This document shows, piece after piece, positions 1 to 9,433 of a stretch of DNA of 64,000 bases. The stretch is from the NCBI GenBank assembly GCA_019057385.1, contig JAHQJS010000004.1, positions 352,001 to 416,000 of the forward strand, given 5' to 3'. Numbering within the stretch: the first letter of the stretch is position 1; each line of letters starts with the position of its first letter. The notes below the pieces were generated by a model. The model ran no database searches. It was not told the origin of the DNA and was given only the letters and a program-made list of their open reading frames with translations. The position numbers and the translations under genes were made by a program. Origin of the DNA: Candidatus Borrarchaeum weybense. GTDB taxonomy: Archaea > Asgardarchaeota > Sifarchaeia > Borrarchaeales > Borrarchaeaceae.

Positions 1-5
1 CATTC

Positions 6-437
6 TTACTTTTTTAATTGCTTTAAAATCTTGTTAGCAGCACGATCCATAAAAGAACGACCTTTAGCCGATAATGTTCGGCCAGAAGTATCATTTGGCT
101 TCTCAATAAAACCTAACGCCTCTAATTGTTGTAAACCTAATCTAATTATCTTCCCAGCGCCTTTTCTAAAATGCTCTCTTCTATTGCCTTTGCGTAGTCT
201 TCCTCCATACTTTATTCGAAGACGATTGACTCCAATTGGGCCATTAATATATACTTTACGTAGCAGGCTAGCTAGCCTGACATACCACCAATTAGGATTG
301 GTCGGTGCCTTCTCCCGAAAGACGCCAGTTTTAACAAAGGACGCCCATGCTGGAGGTTTAAGCTCATCTATGTTCTTAAGTTCACTCGCAACTTCTTTAT
401 TTAGTATAGCCGCTGGCACTTCATAAATGGTAACCAT
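6..437 (-). CDS. rps19e: 30S ribosomal protein S19e
   Basis: PPAWASFVKTG...WWYVRLASLLRKVY..GPIGV.RLR..YGGR...H...G.GKIIR..LQQLE..G is the S19e signature. Start placed at ATG 437 (MVTIYEVP), with a GGTGAG RBS upstream; the ORF track start is 449. Confidence 0.96.
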   Translation of the reverse strand: MVTIYEVPAAILNKEVASELKNIDELKPPAWASFVKTGVFREKAPTNPNWWYVRLASLLRKVYINGPIGVNRLRIKYGGRLRKGNRREHFRKGAGKIIRLGLQQLEALGFIEKPNDTSGRTLSAKGRSFMDRAANKILKQLKK

Positions 438-821
438 GAAACATCTCACCGATACGAGATTTTGTTCCTCTATTCTAGTATTTTCGATACTAGACTTAAT
501 TCATTTATAAACATTTGCCAGTTGTCAATTTGAGCCTTATTTTTTCCCTTTATCTCTAAAGAGAAGAAAAAGGAAACCAATATCATCTTTCTTAAATTCC
601 CAATTTAAATAAACTATCCTTTTCGTTATACAACAAGACCAAGACTGTAAATAAAATTGCGAGATTTTTGCGAAAAATAAGAATTGATTCTTTAATATCT
701 GTATAGACTATTTATTTTGCTTAGAATCAAAAATTCAAAAAAAGGATAAAAAAAGTGAAAGATTTGATATTTTGAGATTTCTTATAAAGGTTGTTCTTTT
801 ATGGGGTTGGAACACTATTAT

Positions 822-2393
822 TTAACCTAACTGTGCTTTGAGCTCTGCAATCTCCTTCTTCAGGCGTGCAACTAAATCTGAGTGCTTCTCCTCGGAGATT
901 TTTCCATCAAGGAGCAGATCATCTGCTTTTTCTATTCTTTCTTGACGCTCTTTTATCTCATTTTTAATTTTACCTGTATCAGTAGACGTGGTTGGAATCG
1001 TTGATGGCCCTGCGACTGGAACAACACCAGCTCCGGTGACTATTGTTGGGGATGCATCAATTGAGACACCTTTCTTACCTAGTTCACGATATCCTTCAGC
1101 TTTTACAAGATCCTCAACACTTATGCCCGCTTCTTTGGCTCGTAAATACAACTCTGCGTCAATACCTTTCATTGTAGCGTACTTTTCAGCTTCTATTCGT
1201 GCAAGTGCTTCATCTTCAGCAGTTGATGAGAGTGCTTCATATTTTGCTTTCATAGCTTCTAATTCTGCTAGTTTTAACTCCTTTTCTTTTTCAAGCATCG
1301 CAAGTTCTGTTTCGGAACTTATCATTTTCGCCTTGGCAGTTTTTTGTATAACTAATTCTTCGTATTCTTCAGCTCCAGCGATGGTTGCTATTTCAAGTCG
1401 CGCTAACTGGACTCCCCAATCGCCAAATGTATTCTCAGCGATTACTTTTGCTTTAGTGGAAATACCTTCGCGATTTGAAAACACATCTTCTAATGGATAG
1501 GTGGATAATGTTTGCGTTACGATTCCTCTCATGGAGTCTTTTGCCCAGTTATCAAATTCATCAGGCGCTAATTTCTCCTTACCACCAATAAAGTTTTGAA
1601 CGAGGCGTTTAGGGTCACTAATTTTGATGTACGCCGTGCCTGAGGCTCCGATCTTTATCTTATCTTGTGTATAGATACGTTTAGGAACTCCCCAGGGAAT
1701 TTTATATTCACGTGTATTTACCCATACGACTTCAGTGCCAACTAGTGCACTGTAGAGTTTTCGTACATCCATTCCGCTGAAGATTTTGTGAAGTAGTCCT
1801 TTAGAATCCTCTTTTCTCCACGCTTTGTCCATTTTCCCTGAAGCTTCTAATTCTTGCGCACGTTCTCTCGCTTTTTCTTCAATTTTTCTCTCTTCTTCTG
1901 GTATTAAATCATATACCCCTGCGCTTAATTCTCCTATCAAAGCTCCCTGTTTATAGAACAATGCTTTTTCATACGATCGTACAACAAATCCTCGAATGGG
2001 TTCCTGAAGTCTCGCATCATATCCACACTTCTTGCAGAAAGGCTGACCTGCTTTAATTGTAGAAACTCGTTCGGTAGGTATATCTGCACCACATTTTCTA
2101 CAGAATTGTTGTCCTTTATTTGCAAGTGTTCCACATTTTGGACATTTCCTTGCTTCTGCTAGTTTTCTACATCCCGGACAGTGCATATCATAAATTGGCG
2201 GAGCATTCATAATATCTTCATATGTAAGTCGATGTATTATTCCAGGATATACTTGGTGGTTCCAAATGTAGGTATATCGATCTCTACCCCATTCTTTTTC
2301 AATTACCTCATCAGCGTCTAATCCTTTGTCTGCTACTCTTTTAACATCCTTGTCCACTTTTCTGGTTCTAAACCATTCTTTAATCGACGACAT
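822..2393 (-). CDS. SPFH/Band-7 (YdjI-like) protein with N-terminal double zinc ribbon, coiled coil and SHOCT-like C-terminus
   Basis: Four CxxC pairs (CPGC, CPKCG, FCRKCG, FCKKCG). VVRSYEKALFYKQG..GELSAGVY / EVVWVN...IPWG / GASGTAYIKISDPKRLV / FGDWGVQL is typical of the YdjI-type SPFH domain. C-terminal LLDGKISEEK resembles SHOCT. Confidence 0.8.
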   Translation of the reverse strand: MSSIKEWFRTRKVDKDVKRVADKGLDADEVIEKEWGRDRYTYIWNHQVYPGIIHRLTYEDIMNAPPIYDMHCPGCRKLAEARKCPKCGTLANKGQQFCRKCGADIPTERVSTIKAGQPFCKKCGYDARLQEPIRGFVVRSYEKALFYKQGALIGELSAGVYDLIPEEERKIEEKARERAQELEASGKMDKAWRKEDSKGLLHKIFSGMDVRKLYSALVGTEVVWVNTREYKIPWGVPKRIYTQDKIKIGASGTAYIKISDPKRLVQNFIGGKEKLAPDEFDNWAKDSMRGIVTQTLSTYPLEDVFSNREGISTKAKVIAENTFGDWGVQLARLEIATIAGAEEYEELVIQKTAKAKMISSETELAMLEKEKELKLAELEAMKAKYEALSSTAEDEALARIEAEKYATMKGIDAELYLRAKEAGISVEDLVKAEGYRELGKKGVSIDASPTIVTGAGVVPVAGPSTIPTTSTDTGKIKNEIKERQERIEKADDLLLDGKISEEKHSDLVARLKKEIAELKAQLG

Positions 2394-2410
2394 TTCTCTC
2401 CATCCTCTCC

Positions 2411-3571
2411 TTATCCTTTATATAGGCTTGGTACATACCAAGCAGTGCCTCCCGCATAACTAGAATCACGTCGGGTAACTCCTTCTTGCTCAAGTGTTTG
2501 TAAAGCTCGCATTACACGTTCATTGTCCCATTGTGTTTTTACCAACAAATCTTCAAGGGAAATATATCCATTTGAGGTTGCAGCAAGCTCAAGTACTGTT
2601 CGTGAATCTTCTGTCATGCCAACTGGCACAAATTCGATTAGTTTTAAGCCTGAAGGTAATACATGTATATCAGCTATCATTCCTGATTTATCTAATTTCT
2701 TAACTGCTTTTTCGACATCATTTACATTGAATTCTATGTCTAATCTACGTTCACGCATTTTCATGTAGAGATCTGCGAGCGAACAGATGCCTCCTGTTTC
2801 ATTTTTGATCATATCTTTGAGTTTAAGAATTTCTTCTCCAAGTTTCTCATAGTAGTCGCCTTTGCCAAAAAGTCGTGGTTTTTTCGCTTTTTCGTCTTCC
2901 ATTGCTTTTCTAACATCACTGACTTTATCCTTTTCTCGATGTCTCATTTGCCATAGTTTTTCGTCAAGAATTTCTTCTATATTTTTGTATACACCATGCC
3001 ATCTACCAGGTATTGCTTGGTAAATGTGATCTGCTGGGGTCACACCTAACAATAAATCATTCCTCTTTTTGAAAAGACTCACTACATCATCCATATCACT
3101 CTTTATTTCTCTTAGAGCTTTCTTAGCGTCTTCAGCATTACCATCTTCTACCTTAGGAAGTAAAGTTTCTCGTAATATTTCAGCCATTGCATCCACTTCA
3201 AATAACGTAAGCATATCTATCCCAACAAGGTTTTTGAACGTATCTGATTCTAACGTAACATCAAACTTTGTTGGCCCTTCAGCAATTTTGCTTTGTTTTT
3301 GGAGTTTTTCAAATTCGAAAATGGGAGCCATCAACTCAACGTCTTGTTGAAATCTGTTCAATTTCTTCCTTAATCTTTCGCCTAACTTTAATACATCATC
3401 GTTACCTATGTCAACCGAAGCTTTCTGGATCTCTCCTAATAACTCATCTGAGTTTGTTAGACTATTTAACATCTTTTCTTTTAAGACACGATCATAATTT
3501 TCTCGCATCTCTTTCCTCCAACCAGGCTTAATCCATTTGAAATAATTCTTAATTTTTCTAAGCCTTTCCAT
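2411..3571 (-). CDS. ESCRT-II Vps22/Vps36-like (EAP30) protein with an N-terminal helical domain
   Basis: The C-terminal ~165 aa (GDYYEKLGEEIL..ETGGICSLADL..DVEKAVKKL..LIEFVP..DSRTVLELA..NGYISLEDL..QWDNERVMRALQTLEQEG..D..WYVPSL) aligns by eye with the tandem winged helices of eukaryotic SNF8/Vps22. Confidence 0.85.
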   Translation of the reverse strand: MERLRKIKNYFKWIKPGWRKEMRENYDRVLKEKMLNSLTNSDELLGEIQKASVDIGNDDVLKLGERLRKKLNRFQQDVELMAPIFEFEKLQKQSKIAEGPTKFDVTLESDTFKNLVGIDMLTLFEVDAMAEILRETLLPKVEDGNAEDAKKALREIKSDMDDVVSLFKKRNDLLLGVTPADHIYQAIPGRWHGVYKNIEEILDEKLWQMRHREKDKVSDVRKAMEDEKAKKPRLFGKGDYYEKLGEEILKLKDMIKNETGGICSLADLYMKMRERRLDIEFNVNDVEKAVKKLDKSGMIADIHVLPSGLKLIEFVPVGMTEDSRTVLELAATSNGYISLEDLLVKTQWDNERVMRALQTLEQEGVTRRDSSYAGGTAWYVPSLYKG

Positions 3572-3604
3572 GGGTCACACTCCTTTTTTTCATTTTTTTT
3601 CTAT

Positions 3605-5092
3605 TTAAACCGACTTTTGTCTTTCAAGTTTCATACTTAATGTGCTTCCACACGTTGGACACTTGAATTTCTCGGGCCCTACCCAATCTACGCTTTCCTC
3701 GCTCAAAGGCGCACCACATTCTGAACAGGTAGTGGGAACGGTCTTTATTAGTACTACTTCTTCTTTCTTCTCGATGATTCTCTCCTTAATGATCATTCCA
3801 GTTGGTTTGGAATTATTCCCTCCCGAAACTGCAGCTGCAGCTGTAACTGGATCTACGATATCCATATACGCTCTACCAATCTCAATAGTAAGAAGTTCGC
3901 TGTAAATAGCAAATTTTTGAGATTTAAAGATTTTCGGGGCATTAAAAAGAATCTCAGTGGGATTCAAAGAATATAATCCACCAATTGTTGGTGTAACTTT
4001 AAAATCAACAGCTCTATACGTTCCAGGACGAATTCTTTCTATTTGCTTCCCATTACCATTTCCCACTTCAAACTCAGATGGGAAATCTGTTTTGACCTCA
4101 ATATTAGTAACTTCGAAATCAGATTTATTACGGATATCTACCGAAATAAGCCCTTCATGGTCAATATATAACGCCTTAGCTTCTCTTTCTATCTCAATGT
4201 TAGGTAAGACGAACACTGGCGTGAGATTGACATCTGTAGATGTTGGTTGAAAGTTCCCTGCAGTTATTGTTGCTTGTGCACGTATCGCAAATACACCAAC
4301 ATCACCTGAAGGCAGCTCTAAATCTATCTGTTTACTTTCATCTTTCTTTAATGCAACTGAAATGTCTTCATTCAAAACAGGAAAGTGTAATTTAAACTCA
4401 GTAGGTAATTTTGCTGTAATAGTCAAAGTAAGTGGGATCTTATTTCCAACTCTAATTGCTTCAACAGTTTCAACATTTATACTTGGTAATACCCTGAGAA
4501 TGGGAATTCCCATTCTGTTACAAACCGGGCAACCAGTGTTCACCAAATTTCTGTTACATAATACTGGATGGGCTCCAGCTTGAACCAGTTTCTTCTTGTT
4601 CAGTTGATTGAAGACGTCAGCCAGGGTATCTTCAACGATTTTTGGCTTTGATTTTGCAGATTCCCACCCACAAGCTACACACATCACTTTATAATCAGGA
4701 GCATCTGAGTCAAAGACGCCTCCTTTTTGAAATTGCGTAAGAACCAGTTGCTTACCACATTGGGGACACAAGGAGTTTAATATAGACTGACATTTAGCAT
4801 TAGGTGGCGCTGATTGGAATCCTATTCCACAGGACGGACAGAATGAAATTTTTTTCGATGCACAGTGTTTGCAAAACACGCCGTGTTCAGGACAGTAAAA
4901 GTTAGCGAATTTACCGCAGTGTACGCAAATATAATTAGCTAATTTTTCTTTTTTCTTACCTTCTTCTATAAGCAGCATTGAAGCCCTTGTTGTTGGAGTT
5001 GGTTTAGAGAGAGAAAATAGTGGTGAACCACAAAAAGTACAGAATCTTAGACCTTCTCTTAGTGTTCTTCTGCATCTAGGACATGCCGGCAA
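3605..5092 (-). CDS. Multi-zinc-finger protein with central Ig/CARDB-like beta domains and a C-terminal zinc ribbon
   Basis: N-terminal CPRC..FCTFCG ribbon, B-box-like CVHC..CPEH..CKHC, further CxxCG pairs, a beta-rich middle (VDIRNKSDFEVTNIEV..), and C-terminal CSECGAPL..CPTCG. TTG start with a GGAGG RBS. Confidence 0.65.
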   Translation of the reverse strand: MPACPRCRRTLREGLRFCTFCGSPLFSLSKPTPTTRASMLLIEEGKKKEKLANYICVHCGKFANFYCPEHGVFCKHCASKKISFCPSCGIGFQSAPPNAKCQSILNSLCPQCGKQLVLTQFQKGGVFDSDAPDYKVMCVACGWESAKSKPKIVEDTLADVFNQLNKKKLVQAGAHPVLCNRNLVNTGCPVCNRMGIPILRVLPSINVETVEAIRVGNKIPLTLTITAKLPTEFKLHFPVLNEDISVALKKDESKQIDLELPSGDVGVFAIRAQATITAGNFQPTSTDVNLTPVFVLPNIEIEREAKALYIDHEGLISVDIRNKSDFEVTNIEVKTDFPSEFEVGNGNGKQIERIRPGTYRAVDFKVTPTIGGLYSLNPTEILFNAPKIFKSQKFAIYSELLTIEIGRAYMDIVDPVTAAAAVSGGNNSKPTGMIIKERIIEKKEEVVLIKTVPTTCSECGAPLSEESVDWVGPEKFKCPTCGSTLSMKLERQKSV

Positions 5093-5507
5093 TATTCTAG
5101 TCCTCCAGCTTTTGTTAGTACCACTATTGTAGTACTACGTATAAACTGACTACCCGGTAGTATTTAAGATTTTTGAGAAAATTCTCCGCACTTTAATTTT
5201 AATTATCTCAATCTAGCGAAAAACATGTCCCGGTGAATATGTAGAATGTAACATCTATTACCAAGGATTTTATTGTACTTCACTTAATTTGCGGCAAATA
5301 ACTTAATGTTAGATTGCTTAACTGTCGAAACTATACCGATTTATTGACAGATGCGCTTTCGTCTTCAGAACTATCTAGTCAATTAGCTCGAAAAAATCTT
5401 TTCCAAAATTTTAGATGTTTATGTCGGACGCAACATTTCTATAGGAGTTATTCAACTCTTAAAATTAGAACTACTATAAAATCAAATATAAAAGAAATTT
5501 TGGAGAT

Positions 5508-8480
5508 TTGACAAAAATGGGAGTTTCATCGTACTTTTCAGGAAGAAAAATAATTGTCTACGTTATGACGGCGTTTGTCGCATGGTTTGCTTGGCTGGAT
5601 AATATTATTGACTACTTATATTTCCTAGGTATCTACGCAGATACATGGCCTTACTACGATGTCTTCACTTTTCCCGACTTCGCATATAATGTCACGCTTG
5701 CACTACCGCTCATCGTCTTTGTAATGACGCTGTTACCAGAAGCTGAAAAATGGAAAAATATTTTGCGTACCATGGGTATCATTGTATTAATTACTGCGCT
5801 GCTAATGTTAGTATCAACAATAAATTTTGTTTTTTACAGACCTTTCATTACGGCTGTTGTTTTAATTGTCATTGCAGGGATATTCACACTTCTTAATTAT
5901 CCGCTTAAGGATAAGACCTTTTGGGGACATGAACCTTGGCAGTGGGCAGTTAATTGGTTCGCGTGTGGAGTTTTTTTTGCATTAATTGGCTTTCTGTTAC
6001 CTCCAGCTGTATTTACTGGGTCTCTTGAATATCCAGTTCTTATAGGACCTTATGTCTGGGCTCTAGTGTTCGCTGTTGGCGGTATACTAGCACTAATTCT
6101 CGGTTTCATCATGCCGGTTGAAACCGGGCTTGTTGAAGGTTTAATTGTTGGTGTGTTTGGTGCGATAGGTACACTCGCTGGTTTGTGGTTATTCTTCTGG
6201 GACACGGAAGTTATACCCCCCGACGGATGGTACATTCAAATCTTAGTTCTATTCATAGTTGCTGGATTTGCTGGCGGGTTTTTCAACCAGTTTAACTTCA
6301 CAAAATATATCATGAATTCGTTTCAAGACTTTATCAAGATGAAACTAGTGTTAGCTCTATGGATCGTTGCGTTACTTGGAGCTCTCGTAGCGTATTTTGC
6401 AATCGCCATCTATTTCCCAAGTGGCGTTCAAAACATTGTTTTACGACAGGTGCTGATATTTCTCGTTCCGTCACTCATTGTAACACCCATAGCATTTCGT
6501 AGCGCCCATTTCTGGCAAGGGCTGCTCATTGGTATCACTACGAGCCTTTCATATTTCAGTGCAATCATTCAAGGCGATCCATCTCTTGAGATCATCGGAC
6601 TTATCGGTTTTCCATTTGTTCCGTTAATTCGCTATTCACCTCCAGAGATATCTATCTATATAGTCAATGGTTTGCTACTGGTGTTAGCAGCTCTATGGGG
6701 TGGCCTTTGGGGTTCAGTTGGAAACTACTTTACAATGGCATATACAGAGATTCCTAAGGAAGGAGATATCGCAAAGAGATTCCGAACAGCATATCTATTT
6801 CGTGACCTATGGTCAAACTACTTCATTCACGGAAAGAACAAAGAAAACGAATTTGAGAAAGCTGAACAATTCAAGTTAGATTTGGATTCGCTGGATCAAG
6901 TGTTAGACCTTGATCTAAAACAGACTGACTTACCAAGATTCGGTGAATACGTTTCTTTTCGCTACATGGACAGAAGTAAGCACTGGGAGACGGTTCCAAA
7001 GCCTTTGAAATCGATAGGCGTCCAGCCGATTAAGGGTTCAGAAAAAGCAAGAGTTGAATACAATAATAAGCACATCGGAGACTTTTATGATCCAAAGGTA
7101 CTAGCTGACAAATATTCCCCAGTATGGAGTCCAATGAATCTAGTATTTCAGCGTACGTTAGTTACCGCGATGCGTCCAATCATTTATGTGCTGTTGGCTG
7201 TCACATTGGTACTTGTAGGCTATAGTATCTACGTTAATTTCACAATAATTGGCGGTGGAATCGAATTTCTAGGACTTGCAGTTACCCAGATAGTTGTTCT
7301 TATCTTCTTGTTCTTCTTTATGTTCAAGTGGTACGGCTTATTCGAACAAACAGTAAACGAGCGACCAGAAGCTTCATCTAGCTTCTTAATCGTAGCTTTA
7401 ATCATTGTCGTAATCATGCTGTACATAACCTACACGGTTAACAGTCTGGGGACGTTCATTGTTACAGGAGCTAACGAAGATCTGATCCGATTCGAAACTA
7501 ACGGCCTATATATAATGCTTCTCATAAACTTCATCTTAGGCATAGGATCTGTTCAAGTGCTTGGCTCAGAAAACATGAACCTCTATTGGTATGATAAGAG
7601 ACCCGAAGCTTTTCCAATGCAATCTCAGGAAGATGCGCCTGTCTGGCTTAAGGGGGACCAGTATTGGGTCTTTAGAAACCTCTTTTGGTGGCCCTTTGAG
7701 CTTACCGTTGGCAGTAAAGGATTGGAGCACGAGGACTGGGAAAGGATCGAGTTGTGGGTCAATGCGAATACGGGGAAGCCAGAGTGGATCATCTCAGATT
7801 ATCATTGGCGCGAACTTTGGTACAGGGTACCAGAACTGGATGAAGAAATAATGATTAAGGTCACGTTTGCAACGAACTTCCACACCCCCATACCTTCGGT
7901 TCTCCGTAAGGCTACATATGACGCATTTGTAGCTCAATTCGAGGGTGCGGGAGCAGCGAGTGCGGTAATTAAATATGCAATTGGTGCAGCGAAATCAGGT
8001 ATCGGTCGAGCGTTTGACTCAATTGGCTCTTCTTTAGGATTAAAGACTAAGGGCGAAAAGGAAAGAGAAGCAAAAACCACTGATGGAATGAAGGCTCGTA
8101 CAAAAGTGCTTGGGAAATATTTTGTCGACGTTGGAGGTCCAGCTAAAGGGATCTGTGGAAAACAAATGGCAGCAACAGACTTTAACTTCTTTAGATATCC
8201 TTACGGATGTGCAAGTACTAAGAATGTTGGAACCGGCAGTGCAATTGATATTAAATACTTTTATAGGGAAAAAGATTTCGTTCCACCAATAAAAGAACCT
8301 GGGACGGGATTTAACCTAAAAGCAGAGAAAAAGGATGGACTAGGGTTTAAAATATCAGTAGATGAGACAGCACCACAACTATGCATGGATTGTGGAGAAC
8401 CATACAACGTACTTGAAACTGTAATTTGCCCGGCTTGTGGCGCAAACAATGAAGCGGCGTATAGAATGCCAATCGAATAA
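5508..8480 (+). CDS. Large multi-pass membrane protein with a soluble C-terminal domain carrying an HEDWE motif and a terminal zinc ribbon
   Basis: Many hydrophobic segments in aa 1-410 and ~555-685. The C-terminal domain has FRNLFWWP..GLEHEDWERIELWV..SDYH..NFHTP and ends in CMDCG..CPACG. Confidence 0.7.
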   Translation: MTKMGVSSYFSGRKIIVYVMTAFVAWFAWLDNIIDYLYFLGIYADTWPYYDVFTFPDFAYNVTLALPLIVFVMTLLPEAEKWKNILRTMGIIVLITALLMLVSTINFVFYRPFITAVVLIVIAGIFTLLNYPLKDKTFWGHEPWQWAVNWFACGVFFALIGFLLPPAVFTGSLEYPVLIGPYVWALVFAVGGILALILGFIMPVETGLVEGLIVGVFGAIGTLAGLWLFFWDTEVIPPDGWYIQILVLFIVAGFAGGFFNQFNFTKYIMNSFQDFIKMKLVLALWIVALLGALVAYFAIAIYFPSGVQNIVLRQVLIFLVPSLIVTPIAFRSAHFWQGLLIGITTSLSYFSAIIQGDPSLEIIGLIGFPFVPLIRYSPPEISIYIVNGLLLVLAALWGGLWGSVGNYFTMAYTEIPKEGDIAKRFRTAYLFRDLWSNYFIHGKNKENEFEKAEQFKLDLDSLDQVLDLDLKQTDLPRFGEYVSFRYMDRSKHWETVPKPLKSIGVQPIKGSEKARVEYNNKHIGDFYDPKVLADKYSPVWSPMNLVFQRTLVTAMRPIIYVLLAVTLVLVGYSIYVNFTIIGGGIEFLGLAVTQIVVLIFLFFFMFKWYGLFEQTVNERPEASSSFLIVALIIVVIMLYITYTVNSLGTFIVTGANEDLIRFETNGLYIMLLINFILGIGSVQVLGSENMNLYWYDKRPEAFPMQSQEDAPVWLKGDQYWVFRNLFWWPFELTVGSKGLEHEDWERIELWVNANTGKPEWIISDYHWRELWYRVPELDEEIMIKVTFATNFHTPIPSVLRKATYDAFVAQFEGAGAASAVIKYAIGAAKSGIGRAFDSIGSSLGLKTKGEKEREAKTTDGMKARTKVLGKYFVDVGGPAKGICGKQMAATDFNFFRYPYGCASTKNVGTGSAIDIKYFYREKDFVPPIKEPGTGFNLKAEKKDGLGFKISVDETAPQLCMDCGEPYNVLETVICPACGANNEAAYRMPIE

Positions 8481-8484
8481 AAGA

Positions 8485-8514
8485 CTTTTTTTGTCTACTC
8501 TTTTTTTTTATTTT
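8485..8514 (+). terminator. Oligo-T archaeal terminator
   Basis: T7 and T9 runs directly after the stop of 5508..8480. Confidence 0.5.
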
Positions 8515-8538
8515 AAAAGAAAAGATGAAGGTTAAGAA

Positions 8539-9309
8539 ATGACTCAATTGCCTTGGATTATAGCTCACCGAGGAGCGTCAGGTTATTATCCAGAAAATAC
8601 TCTTCCTTCTTTCTTAGGAGCAGTTGAATTGGGTGCAACTTGTGTTGAAATGGATATTCAGCCAACAGCAGATAAAAAATTGGTCGTTTTCCACGACAAG
8701 ACAATGGAACGTATTGTTGGTGTTCCAAAAAAGATCACTGACCTATTATGGCAAGAAGTCATCCAATACGATGTAGGACGTTGGAAAGCCCCAAAGTGGG
8801 AAGGAACAAAGATCCCGCTTTTTAAGGAAGTCTTGGAAAAACTTCCACGATCTATGAAATTGAATTTAGAGCTCAAATATTATTCTCCGAAGGATGATTG
8901 GTTTGAAGGATCAGTTCTTGAAGTTGCCTTGGAATATGATCTTCCCAGTAGAGGATATCTCGCTATCAAACATGTTGAAACCATTTCATTCGTGAAAAAA
9001 CGGGCACCTGACTGTCCTTTGGGCCTATTACAGAAAGGAAGAACTCCAAAAGAAACATTTGATCTTTGTTGTAAGTGGGACCTTCCATTTGTTCAAATTA
9101 GAAGAACAGCGTTAACTAGTGAATGGATTGATCGCTTTCATGAACAGGGGATCAGAGTTAATTTCTTTTACTCGGATGACCCCGAGGAAATGAAGCATCT
9201 TTTGAAAGATCTCAAAATTGACGGAATTCTAACGAATTATCCGGACAGGGCAGTACAAGTGTTCCAAGAACTTGGCTTGCCCCTTACAAAATACAAAGAT
9301 TTCTCTTAG
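8539..9309 (+). CDS. Glycerophosphodiester phosphodiesterase (GDPD family)
   Basis: IIAHRGASG..PENTL..F..A..G...EMDIQ.TAD..LVVFHD, NLELK and DGILTNYP motifs. Confidence 0.93.
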   Translation: MTQLPWIIAHRGASGYYPENTLPSFLGAVELGATCVEMDIQPTADKKLVVFHDKTMERIVGVPKKITDLLWQEVIQYDVGRWKAPKWEGTKIPLFKEVLEKLPRSMKLNLELKYYSPKDDWFEGSVLEVALEYDLPSRGYLAIKHVETISFVKKRAPDCPLGLLQKGRTPKETFDLCCKWDLPFVQIRRTALTSEWIDRFHEQGIRVNFFYSDDPEEMKHLLKDLKIDGILTNYPDRAVQVFQELGLPLTKYKDFS

Positions 9310-9433
9310 TGTTATACTTCTTTATAATCCCTTCTGATTAATTCATCATTTTCAGCTTTGAGATCATAAGCTCAATTAGTCATTAATTAGAAAATCTAAA
9401 AATCTTTAAGATGAATATGAACACAATTAAATT

